Origin: an uncultured Desulfurococcaceae archaeon
Lineage (GTDB): Archaea; Thermoproteota; Thermoprotei_A; Sulfolobales; Desulfurococcaceae
Reading direction: 5' to 3'
NCBI GenBank assembly: GCA_964542295.1
Contig: CAZITZ010000001.1
Location: forward strand, 11,724 to 39,820
DNA: 28,097 nt
Part shown: one piece after another, positions 16,582-25,238 of the stretch
Layout: each line of letters begins with the position of its first letter
Numbering within the stretch: position 1 is the stretch's first letter
Position numbers and translations under genes: made by a program
Notes under the pieces: generated by a model
The model's input: only the letters and a program-made list of their open reading frames with translations
Told to the model about the DNA's origin: nothing
Database searches by the model: none

Positions 16582-17178
16582 ATGGCTAGGTATAATGTAC
16601 TTCTTGTAGGTGTAGGTGGTCAAGGTTTACTTACTCTAGGAGCAGTAATTGGTGCAGCAGCTATTGAGAAAGGTGTTGATGTAACTATTGCCGAGACGCA
16701 TGGTATGAGTCAACGAGGCGGTTCACTTGTTGTCCATGTAAGGCTTGGGAAAGGAGCATCTCCATTAGTACCGAAAGGAGCTGCTAACCTAATTATTGGT
16801 ATGGAGGCTCTTGAAACTGCTCGTAATATAGTATTTGCTAATAGAGAAACACTAGTTATCATGAATAATTTTCTATGGCCTCCACCATTATCTAAGTACC
16901 CATCTCTAGAGGATTTAATTAATGAAATACGTAAACGAGCTAAACTCTATATAGTTGATGCTATGGAGATGGCAAAGGAGGAAACTGGACTTGTTGTTAC
17001 AGCTAATACTCTAGTCCTAGGCTATGCATTAGCTATTGATAAAGAACTACAGAAATATATTGATATAGAGGCTGTTGAGAGGGGTATGGAGAAGATATTT
17101 CGTGGAAGAGCTCTTGAACTTAACAAGAAAGTATTATGGAGAGGCTATAGAGAAGGAGAAAAGGTTGTTTCTAAATAA
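16582..17178 (+). CDS. iorB: Indolepyruvate:ferredoxin oxidoreductase beta subunit
   Basis: GVGGQG and ETHGMSQRGGS motifs; GGAGGTGA RBS; follows iorA. Confidence 0.95.
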   Translation: MARYNVLLVGVGGQGLLTLGAVIGAAAIEKGVDVTIAETHGMSQRGGSLVVHVRLGKGASPLVPKGAANLIIGMEALETARNIVFANRETLVIMNNFLWPPPLSKYPSLEDLINEIRKRAKLYIVDAMEMAKEETGLVVTANTLVLGYALAIDKELQKYIDIEAVERGMEKIFRGRALELNKKVLWRGYREGEKVVSK

Positions 17179-17250
17179 ATACTGTTTTTACTCTCATACT
17201 CTTTAATTTAATACATATAGTATAGTCTATAGTATTCATTGGCGATATGT

Positions 17251-17655
17251 ATGGAGGAAAACTTATTGAATAAGGATCTAATGCTTCTTAATGAGGCTCT
17301 AAAGATACTAACTAATAGTTATGCACCTTATAGTGGAATCCATGTAGCCGCTGCATTATTGACTGAAAAAGGAAACATATATCATGGAGTCAATGTTGAG
17401 AATTCTAGCTATAGTCTAACTATTTGTGCTGAAAGAAGTGCTGTAGCAGCTATGGTAGTAGCTGGAGAGAGAAAGCCTATAGCAATTGCTATAGTAACTG
17501 ACTATAATAGACCTATACCGCCATGCGGTGCTTGTAGACAAGTATTAGCTGAATTTAACCATGAAATTAGAGTAATTATGCATAGTACAAGGTCGGGTGA
17601 AACTAAGATAGTTAATTTAAAAGATTTATTTCCTATACCTTTCAAAATAGATTAA
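17251..17655 (+). CDS. cdd: Cytidine deaminase, homotetrameric Cys-type
   Basis: YAPYS, GVNVEN, CAERSA and PCGACRQ motifs; ATG 17251 preferred over TTG 17239. Confidence 0.92.
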   Translation: MEENLLNKDLMLLNEALKILTNSYAPYSGIHVAAALLTEKGNIYHGVNVENSSYSLTICAERSAVAAMVVAGERKPIAIAIVTDYNRPIPPCGACRQVLAEFNHEIRVIMHSTRSGETKIVNLKDLFPIPFKID

Positions 17656-17687
17656 CTATTTTAAACTATGTTGAAACATAGATAGTT

Positions 17688-17769
17688 AGGGATGAAGAGG
17701 AATCCGGGATAGGATCCCCTGATCAATGAAGGGGGTATGAATTAAAGATTATAAGAGCGGGCGCAGACC
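17688..17769 (+). ncRNA. K-turn/K-loop sRNA: C/D-like ends enclosing a stem that could be H/ACA-like
   Basis: TATA TTTTAAAC 17659-17666; C ATGAAGA 17692; D' CTGA 17719; C' ATGAAGG 17726; D-like CAGA 17763; terminal stem AGG/CCT. Confidence 0.55.
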
Positions 17770-17789
17770 TTAATAATATAATTATTTTA

Positions 17790-18095
17790 TTAGACAGCCA
17801 GCTCGGCTTCCTGTTTTCTATTAATTAACTCCATTATATCGAATATTTCTTCAATACCTGGATCATAAGGTATACCGAGTTCCTCTGTTATGAGTTTTAT
17901 AGAGGCTCTTATACCAATTAATTCTATAATTTCACTAGGTTTTAGCTCATCTCTAGAGAGGATCTCTTCTTCTCTAGCTCTAAGCTCTTCTAAAGTTCTC
18001 AAATAGCTTCTCTCTATATTATCTATGAAATTTGTGGCTCGGAAGAATACTTCAGCCAACTTTAATAATCCACCTCCTATTATTCTTGATAACAT
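17790..18095 (-). CDS. Hypothetical helical protein
   Basis: 101-aa ORF; alternative TTG start near 18062 after GGAGGTGG. Confidence 0.65.
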   Translation of the reverse strand: MLSRIIGGGLLKLAEVFFRATNFIDNIERSYLRTLEELRAREEEILSRDELKPSEIIELIGIRASIKLITEELGIPYDPGIEEIFDIMELINRKQEAELAV

Positions 18096-18124
18096 TTAAT
18101 TCTCCTTATAAGGGAGTGTTTATG

Positions 18125-18134
18125 GTAATACTAG
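18125..18134 (-). promoter_or_regulatory. CTAGTATTAC box, identical to the one upstream of the wHTH gene
   Basis: Exact 10-mer match to 14259-14268, at similar spacing from a TATA-like element and the start codon. Confidence 0.5.
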
Positions 18135-18246
18135 AGTATATTGATTATCTATATTAGTTAACATACATGAATATGACCTACCTATGTTTCCTTAAAACCA
18201 ACCCATAACGACCTAGTATTGTAAGAGTATAATTTGGTGGCAGTCG

Positions 18247-18546
18247 ATGACTAGAGATCGCGTATTAATAACGATAACTTATGGCAAAATGGAGGATGCT
18301 TACATACTTGAAACATTATATCATATTGAAAGCGAACTTAGGAAAATAGGTATAGAGCCAATAATTCTACAGGTGTATATGCCTGGTTCGAAGTTAAGGA
18401 TTAGTGTTAATGGTATTGAACTTGAGCTTGATGAGAATTTATTGGAAAATATCATTTCTACAGCTATAGAGGTTTTATCACTGAATAATTATGTTGAGAA
18501 CAAACAATATATTAAAGGCAGGATTGCAGCAGCTAAATCTATTTAA
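18247..18546 (+). CDS. Hypothetical protein
   Basis: 99-aa ORF with GGTGG RBS, divergent from the 17790-18095 gene. Confidence 0.65.
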   Translation: MTRDRVLITITYGKMEDAYILETLYHIESELRKIGIEPIILQVYMPGSKLRISVNGIELELDENLLENIISTAIEVLSLNNYVENKQYIKGRIAAAKSI

Positions 18547-18619
18547 TTTTATACCATTTTACTGGGGAAATAAGATTATAACCATCTATAAGACTCTATC
18601 CATATAAGAGGTAAGCGTT

Positions 18620-19438
18620 GTGGGCATCGTTAAAACTGTATATGCATTATTGATCTTTGTAATATTATTTCTAGGAATTATGTGTATATCGGGTAATATC
18701 CTAGTCTTAAGTGGGGCAACTCAAGAATATGCTATTACAATAACTGGTAATTACACTATATTAGAAGCAGATTTTGAATTAATGAATATATCAATATTCA
18801 ATTACGTGTATATAGCACTTGATACATTAGATAAAGGAGCTGGTTATAGCTACGGTGTTATAATAATATGTGATCCCGATGAAAATACTCCTACATTGTA
18901 TCTCATGGCTGGCTCTGGAAATAGTTGGTATAGAATAATGAATGTGAACATCAAAGATAATGTAAGATTCTCTATATTAATAGATCATAATAATAAGACT
19001 ATATATTATATTATAAATGGTAAGTTAGGTAATATAAATAAATCAATGATTGTAATGCCGGAAGGTGTATCAATAATATTGAATTCTATAGGAAGAGAGT
19101 ATCCGCCTCCATCAATTAATTTGAAAAAGCTGATTGTCCTAGAAACAAATGATACTCATGTAGTAGATTATTTCCTTAAAGCTGATTTCAACAGAATATA
19201 TGAGATTTCTATTATAAGGCTTAATAAAACAAAAATTGAAATAACGCCTACTCAATCTCCTACAATTTCATCTCCTACAACATCACCTAGTTCAACAACT
19301 ATACAGCCTCCTGCACAAAGTCCTCCATACTTATCACCGACAATAGTAGCATTAATAATAGTAATATCTTCTATAACAACTATAATTGTTATATTAATTA
19401 TCACTCTGTCTCGAAGAAAAAGGTCCCCCGGTCCGTGA
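18620..19438 (+). CDS. Surface protein with signal peptide, Pro/Ser/Thr linker and C-terminal TM anchor
   Basis: Hydrophobic N-terminus; TPTQSPTISSPTTSPSS linker; TM followed by RRKR; six N-X-S/T sequons; GAGGT RBS. Confidence 0.8.
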   Translation: MGIVKTVYALLIFVILFLGIMCISGNILVLSGATQEYAITITGNYTILEADFELMNISIFNYVYIALDTLDKGAGYSYGVIIICDPDENTPTLYLMAGSGNSWYRIMNVNIKDNVRFSILIDHNNKTIYYIINGKLGNINKSMIVMPEGVSIILNSIGREYPPPSINLKKLIVLETNDTHVVDYFLKADFNRIYEISIIRLNKTKIEITPTQSPTISSPTTSPSSTTIQPPAQSPPYLSPTIVALIIVISSITTIIVILIITLSRRKRSPGP

Positions 19439-19495
19439 AGTAATCACACCCCTCCGGCGCTTAAGGGGTCATCTAGTAGAGGCCCCGGTCATCCC
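19422..19495 (-). ncRNA. C/D-like double K-turn sRNA with non-canonical covarying boxes
   Basis: C-like ATGACCG pairs with D-like GGGA; D' ATGA; spacer hairpin CCCCTT/GAGGGG with a TGT bulge; C' GTGATTA; two 13-nt guide-length segments; followed by TTTTT. Confidence 0.5.
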
Positions 19496-19567
19496 AATCT
19501 AGTGTTTTACAATTGTTCATTTTATTTCTTTCCAGATTCTGGCAAATATTTTAATAGTTTATTAATA

Positions 19568-21847
19568 CTAGGCTATTGGACTACCATATCTAGACTCAGC
19601 TGGTTTTTCATAAATACGGGTTTTACCACTAATGACTCTTCCCAATATATATAGAGCCTTCTTTCTAGACAAGATCTTGTTATTATTACCGCAATATGGA
19701 CTGTATATACATCTAGGACAACCATCATCGCATCTGCAGTCTTCCATAATTTTATATGCTAATTTCTCTGCCTTCTCAAAGCGATCGAATAAAAGACTTG
19801 CTAATCCACTGCCGCCCACGGCAGAATCATATATAACTATATCGCCACTAGGATAGCTAATTCCGCCTAAATCACCTAATCCTGCTCCACACACTGGTCT
19901 GGCGGCAGATATTATTGTATGTTCTATGGCATGAAATGCCTCTGCATTATCCATTAAATCCCATTCATTTCTGTATGGATATTTTAATAGTAGGGCTCTT
20001 GTTCTATAGGTATATACAACTGGTTTATCAAGATATTCAATAGCTGCAGGTCTATTACTTTCAAAAATACTATACACAGCATAGCCTTCAACATTAATTG
20101 ATATTGTTACCCTTGCATATGCTAGAGGTATTCCTCTAGTACTTATTCTTTCCCTAACAATACCATAGTCGATAAGATCAGTTGTATATAGAGGACGTGT
20201 ATACAATGGTGTATCGTCAGGCAATCTACGTACTCTGGCAATTCTCTTATCAGGATCAATCATTATACTTTGGTAAACTTTACCGCCATGTAAATAAATG
20301 GCATATGGATGGAGATCGAGAACTGCCATGGGCAATTCACGAAAACCAATTACCTTGTCATTTTCATCATGAATAGCCACTTGTGGTCCAGCACCACGGA
20401 TCGTCATATATTTAAAGAATTCTTTTCTAGCTCTTCTCCATACTGGGAAATAGCCTATAGGAATAGATACTGCAAAGCCTTCATCAACAACTTCATCAAA
20501 AGCCTTCTTCCAACTAATCCTTTTTGCAAGCTCCTTTCTAACCATACCCTGTTGTAAAAGTAATGCAAGTGCATGGATACGTAGAACTTCTTCATTACTA
20601 GGCTCTATGTAGATGGGTGGAATATCTTGTGTAAAATATTCTTCAGGATTCTTCTCATAATATGAATCAATAGGGTCGTCACCTAAGATCATGAAAACAT
20701 AGCCTGTTCTACCACGCCTACCAGCACGGCCGGCTCTTTGTATATATTTGGCATAGCTAGGAGGAGGTGCAACCATTACAACGGCATCGAGATAACCTAT
20801 ATCTATACCTAGTTCTAGAGTAGGTGTTGCAACAACACCATCGATCTCTCCTCGGGATAATTTAATCTCCACACTTCTTCTTTCCTCTGGTGTAAGACCA
20901 GCGCGGTGAACATGGAACTCTGCATTAAATCCTCTACGTATAATCCTTGCTATTACTTCTGCCATCTGCTGTGAATCTACAAAAACAAGTACTCTTAATC
21001 CAAGTCTAGATAGTAATGCTGCTACTGAGGCCGACACACTCCATCTAGAAAGATAACCTGCAGAGATCATAACATGATAAGCTATTCCTCTTCTCCAAAT
21101 AGGTCCACGAACGACTTTTACTTTCTCACCAAACAACATCTCTCCATGTTTCTCAGGGTTACCTATAGTGGCACTTGAGCCTATGAATACTAGATCTTTC
21201 CTACGAAAGATCTTTACTCTTTCAATAGTTGCTCTAACATGTGCTCCAAAAGCACCTTCATATGAATGCATTTCATCAAGTACTAAATAATCAATATTTC
21301 TAACCATTTTTCTGATTGCAGGGCTAAGTACTAGACCTACATGAATCATATCAGGGTTCGATATTAGTATATGAGGTGGATTAGAAGATATTTTCTTCCT
21401 TTCCTTTCTGGGTGTATCCCCGTCATATACAGCAGTTGTAACGTATCCAAACCCTGTAATCTCATTAATTCTTTTTAATTGATCTCGTGCAAGCGCTTTA
21501 GTTGGATATAATAATAATGAATTTGGATTTCTACTACTATTTATGCCTTTGGTTATTAACGGTATTAGGAAAGCCTCTGTCTTCCCAGTTCCTGTACCAG
21601 ATGCTATCACAGTATTATATCCATCAAGTATATATTTAATTGCTTCCCATTGAAACTTATACAATCTCTTAATGCCTTTTGATAAGAGATTATGTATTAG
21701 AAACTCAGGTATATCAAGGTCTTCTATAAACGGTCCCGGCTCTGGCTCTCCTATTTCCTCCTTTCTCATATGTATAATCTTAACTTGGTTTCCATATCGA
21801 TTAAGAAGTAGTTCATGGAATTCTCTAAGTATTGGATCGGTCTTCAA
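19568..21847 (-). CDS. DEAD/DEAH SF2 helicase with C-terminal DUF1998 (Hrq1/MrfA/SftH-like)
   Basis: SGTGTGKT, DEMH, SAT, ELGIDIG and QRAGRAGR motifs; HAIEH; CRCDDGCPRC. Confidence 0.92.
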   Translation of the reverse strand: MKTDPILREFHELLLNRYGNQVKIIHMRKEEIGEPEPGPFIEDLDIPEFLIHNLLSKGIKRLYKFQWEAIKYILDGYNTVIASGTGTGKTEAFLIPLITKGINSSRNPNSLLLYPTKALARDQLKRINEITGFGYVTTAVYDGDTPRKERKKISSNPPHILISNPDMIHVGLVLSPAIRKMVRNIDYLVLDEMHSYEGAFGAHVRATIERVKIFRRKDLVFIGSSATIGNPEKHGEMLFGEKVKVVRGPIWRRGIAYHVMISAGYLSRWSVSASVAALLSRLGLRVLVFVDSQQMAEVIARIIRRGFNAEFHVHRAGLTPEERRSVEIKLSRGEIDGVVATPTLELGIDIGYLDAVVMVAPPPSYAKYIQRAGRAGRRGRTGYVFMILGDDPIDSYYEKNPEEYFTQDIPPIYIEPSNEEVLRIHALALLLQQGMVRKELAKRISWKKAFDEVVDEGFAVSIPIGYFPVWRRARKEFFKYMTIRGAGPQVAIHDENDKVIGFRELPMAVLDLHPYAIYLHGGKVYQSIMIDPDKRIARVRRLPDDTPLYTRPLYTTDLIDYGIVRERISTRGIPLAYARVTISINVEGYAVYSIFESNRPAAIEYLDKPVVYTYRTRALLLKYPYRNEWDLMDNAEAFHAIEHTIISAARPVCGAGLGDLGGISYPSGDIVIYDSAVGGSGLASLLFDRFEKAEKLAYKIMEDCRCDDGCPRCIYSPYCGNNNKILSRKKALYILGRVISGKTRIYEKPAESRYGSPIA

Positions 21848-21855
21848 ATTTCCCG

Positions 21856-22086
21856 CTACATCCCCTTTTGAAGCATTTTTTCTATCATAGATTCTTTCTT
21901 AGTTAGTTTTTTCCATAACTTATAATGAGTTTCACATAAGTATACTATACCTGGTTTCCGTGGCGGATGTGCATGATATACCTTGAGTTTAAACCCTTTA
22001 TCCTCAAGTAATTTAGCTCTATTATATCCAATCTCTGTAACTGCTTGTTTATCGCACCCTTCAACACTACATTTTTTCTTAACCAA
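21856..22086 (-). CDS. Small putative Zn-binding protein
   Basis: CSVEGC...YLCETH (C3H) pattern; GGTGAG RBS before the TTG. Confidence 0.75.
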   Translation of the reverse strand: MVKKKCSVEGCDKQAVTEIGYNRAKLLEDKGFKLKVYHAHPPRKPGIVYLCETHYKLWKKLTKKESMIEKMLQKGM

Positions 22087-22145
22087 GAATACTCACCATG
22101 AGATATTTCTTAGTAAATAGAGATAAAAGAGTTGTTCCTACATGA

Positions 22146-23066
22146 TCATTCCTTCATTCTTAACCTATATACATTACTTGGTTCTAAAACATGTTGTTTA
22201 CCATCACTTGTTAATACTACTAATGCACCATTACTTTCTACATCAACCGCCAATCCTTCAATAGTACCCGTCGGTGTTTCTGCAATGACCCATTTGTTAA
22301 GTGTATCAAGGTATTTAATATAATTCTCCATAAGATCTTCAGGTTCTTCAACAATTTTCTTAATCTTAGACATCCAGCCAATTATTGTAGCTAATAATCT
22401 ATTTCTCGGAGTTAAACCAACAAATTTCTTAAGTGATACAGCTTCTCCTACAGGAGGATCATTATTAACATTTATTCCAAGCCCTATGTATGTTAGGAAG
22501 TAATTTGGAAAGGCAGAAGCTTCTATTAATACTCCTGCAAGCTTTTTACCATTTATAACTATGTCATTAGGCCACTTAATACGAGCTTCTATATTATATA
22601 GTGAATCGAAGATTCTAACGAGCATTATAGGTATAGCTATTGGTACATATACAGCTTGTTCAGGTTTTAAAGAGACTGTTATTGTTAACCATAATCCTCC
22701 AAGCCCTGTCTTCCAAGTCTTCTTATGTCTGCCATAAGCTGATACAAGATATTCAGCAATAATTATACTCCATGGCCCATATCCTCTAGCAGATATCTGT
22801 GTAGAGCCTAACACAAGTTTATGTATAAGTCTCCAGCCCCACGGCTTAATAGTTGAAGGATTATCAGAGGGGTTCCATACAACTTTTCCTGGAGATAGTT
22901 CAAGTAAATAATTTCTCTTAAGTTCCTTCAACAATTTCTTTACAAGATCTATATCTAAACCTATGTCCCATGATAGATCTCGAATACTCCACTCATTCTT
23001 ATCAATAAGTTTGGACATGATCATTAGTTTTTTGAAAAGTTTTTCACCATATATCATTATCTTCAT
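22146..23066 (-). CDS. birA: BirA-like biotin-protein ligase with N-terminal HTH and a degenerate Gly-rich loop
   Basis: IKWPND, KKLAGVLIE and GLGINV motifs; C-terminal SH3-like domain; AYGRHK in place of GRGRxG. Confidence 0.8.
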   Translation of the reverse strand: MKIMIYGEKLFKKLMIMSKLIDKNEWSIRDLSWDIGLDIDLVKKLLKELKRNYLLELSPGKVVWNPSDNPSTIKPWGWRLIHKLVLGSTQISARGYGPWSIIIAEYLVSAYGRHKKTWKTGLGGLWLTITVSLKPEQAVYVPIAIPIMLVRIFDSLYNIEARIKWPNDIVINGKKLAGVLIEASAFPNYFLTYIGLGINVNNDPPVGEAVSLKKFVGLTPRNRLLATIIGWMSKIKKIVEEPEDLMENYIKYLDTLNKWVIAETPTGTIEGLAVDVESNGALVVLTSDGKQHVLEPSNVYRLRMKE

Positions 23067-23130
23067 CCCTACTAATGCCGTCGACCACTATATGCATAAT
23101 GTAGTATGTTAATAAAGTATTTATAAAACA

Positions 23131-23176
23131 AATCCCTTGTCTAGAATGTCCGTGTTCTCAGACGATTAAGGGAATT
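23131..23176. terminator. Imperfect hairpin followed by a U-rich tract on the minus strand (terminator- or operator-like)
   Basis: TCCCTT/AAGGGA, GTCT/AGAC and AGAA/TTCT arms; minus-strand TTTGTTTT follows. Confidence 0.4.
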
Positions 23177-23180
23177 CATA

Positions 23181-23852
23181 TTACAGTTCCTTGATCCTTC
23201 TAAAGATCTCTTCAATACCAAGGACATATGGAAGATTAGGATAGTACTTTTGTAGGAAATTATATACATTAATAATTCTTACATTGGAAGGTATTTCATT
23301 AATTGTTGTTAAATCGATTAATCCTCTACGCCATAAGCTAGATAATAGATTTAATATAATTGTTCTTTTACTTTCAGCTTCAAGAGCTGCTCTATACTCG
23401 TTTGGCATGTATTTAGATACAAAGTAAGGATCAATATCCATGTATTTATCTATTAAGTACTTGTGTTTTTCTATTACTGGACATTTAGCTGATAAGCCAT
23501 ATTCAACCTTAGGTACTATAAGCTTCAGTCTTTCTATAAATAAATATCTAACCTCTCTTGGAACATATGGATAGCTTCTACAGATCAGTGGTTTATATAT
23601 ATCATGTATAATGCATCTATTATCTTTTCTTAAGAAAGGACATCTCCCATCCTTATTTAGTCCCAGTATATACGATATTGCAAGATAATGATTACCTATT
23701 CTATCCCACACAATGTATCCAGGCTTTGTATGTATCTCTATATTAAATGCTTTACTAAGGGATCTAATAATTATAACTTCAAATGATTGTAGAGTTATGG
23801 GTGAGGCTTTGCAACATATTCCCGTATATATGCATTTAAATCGAAAAACCAA
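23181..23852 (-). CDS. YkgJ-family Cys-cluster (Fe-S/Zn) protein
   Basis: FKCIYTGICC, CPFL...C.IH..KPLICRSYP and a further CP. Confidence 0.85.
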   Translation of the reverse strand: MVFRFKCIYTGICCKASPITLQSFEVIIIRSLSKAFNIEIHTKPGYIVWDRIGNHYLAISYILGLNKDGRCPFLRKDNRCIIHDIYKPLICRSYPYVPREVRYLFIERLKLIVPKVEYGLSAKCPVIEKHKYLIDKYMDIDPYFVSKYMPNEYRAALEAESKRTIILNLLSSLWRRGLIDLTTINEIPSNVRIINVYNFLQKYYPNLPYVLGIEEIFRRIKEL

Positions 23853-23858
23853 TTTTCT

Positions 23859-24410
23859 TCACACTGGATAATATCCTGGTATCTTCTCCATATATAGCAT
23901 CTTAACTCTAGATACACCATCTATTTCATCTATTATTTTAGCTACGGGGGGAGGAACATATTCTTTCCATCTAGGATCATTATCAACCATTAGCTTTCTG
24001 ATAAATGAGCCTCTATATTCCTTTCTATTAACTAAGGGCGGCTCCTTAACTTCATAGCCTTCTTCATGAAATATCCTGGCGACTATGGGATTGAGCGTGA
24101 GTACGCAGTTGAATGGAGGAGAATATAGTTTTACATAGTGAACAGCTACACGGCTAACCTCCATTGTAGGTAAGGTAATTGTTATCACACGATCAAGCGG
24201 TAGTTTAGCCCATTTAAGAGTTTCTCTAACCATTAATATACGTTCTCCAGCTGTAAATGGATTTTCTGGTGTATGGCTTTGACTAGCCATTCCAATAACT
24301 ATGATTACTTCGTCGAAATTCTCCAAGGCCCATTTAATAACATGGTAATGGCCGTAATGGAGTGGTTGGAAGCGAGCTATAACTAAACATCTTTTGACAT
24401 CAGTAAGCAT
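23859..24410 (-). CDS. nadM: Nicotinamide-nucleotide adenylyltransferase
   Basis: ARFQPLHYGH (HxGH) and SHTPENPFTAGER motifs. Confidence 0.93.
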   Translation of the reverse strand: MLTDVKRCLVIARFQPLHYGHYHVIKWALENFDEVIIVIGMASQSHTPENPFTAGERILMVRETLKWAKLPLDRVITITLPTMEVSRVAVHYVKLYSPPFNCVLTLNPIVARIFHEEGYEVKEPPLVNRKEYRGSFIRKLMVDNDPRWKEYVPPPVAKIIDEIDGVSRVKMLYMEKIPGYYPV

Positions 24411-24532
24411 CTATGATACCCCAGTACCCTATATTCATGGACTATTCCAATGTTTATATCTACTACAATTTAAATATCTCCTCAAAATATCATGTAAATT
24501 AAAGATAATAATAGGATTTAGAGGTCTAGCCT

Positions 24533-25141
24533 ATGGCTTTAACCCGTATAGTAACTCTTAGGGAACCAATTGCATTTATAATAGCTTTAACCGCTATATC
24601 CTTAACAGTTGGTTCTAGATATCTTGTTTTTGGCCCAATAATATTCTTCCCCATAGTAGCCGCATCGGTTTCACTAGCATTTCTTCCACATGAACTTATG
24701 CATAGATATATAGCTAGGAAAATGGGTTGTTTTAGTAGATTCGTACTAGATCCATTTGGACTAATGCTAACCTTAGCTACGGCTATACCATTTATACCAT
24801 TTAAGATAATTATTCCAGGCTATGTACTCATATCTAGTCACTACTATGATCCAATTACAAGGAAAAGAATTGAGGGAGTATCTGCAATAGCAGGTCCTTT
24901 AACTAACTTAGTTATAGCTTTGATCGGTATAGTACTACTTAATACAGTTGCATTATTAAGAACGAATCAGTATCTAAATATATTTCTTTTATATCTAATA
25001 ATTGTTAATGCATGGATTGCATTCTTTAATTTATTACCAGTTCCTCCTTTAGATGGTAGTAAAATTATATCTTGGAAACCAATTAATTGGGCACTATTAT
25101 TTACATTATCAATTATTTTATTATTCCTATACTGGTTTTAG
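24533..25141 (+). CDS. Site-2 protease (peptidase M50)
   Basis: HELMH within a TM segment; IAGPLTN; FNLLPVPPLDG. Confidence 0.93.
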   Translation: MALTRIVTLREPIAFIIALTAISLTVGSRYLVFGPIIFFPIVAASVSLAFLPHELMHRYIARKMGCFSRFVLDPFGLMLTLATAIPFIPFKIIIPGYVLISSHYYDPITRKRIEGVSAIAGPLTNLVIALIGIVLLNTVALLRTNQYLNIFLLYLIIVNAWIAFFNLLPVPPLDGSKIISWKPINWALLFTLSIILLFLYWF

Positions 25142-25238
25142 AACAGCATTATACTAAAGTATAGGAGCTTAATTAACAATATTAAGCCATTTCTATGATT
25201 ACTAAGTATATGAAGGAAAAATAGAGAGTACTAAATAT

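Noticed and set aside
17739-17747. Pocket strand complementary to 16S GGUUUAAUU
   Set aside because: The other pocket strand does not match the 16S sequence that follows, as I recall it, so no target is claimed
15391-22323. ORFs 15391, 16277, 19632, 20182, 20309, 21672 and 22132
   Set aside because: Shadows of iorA, the helicase and birA
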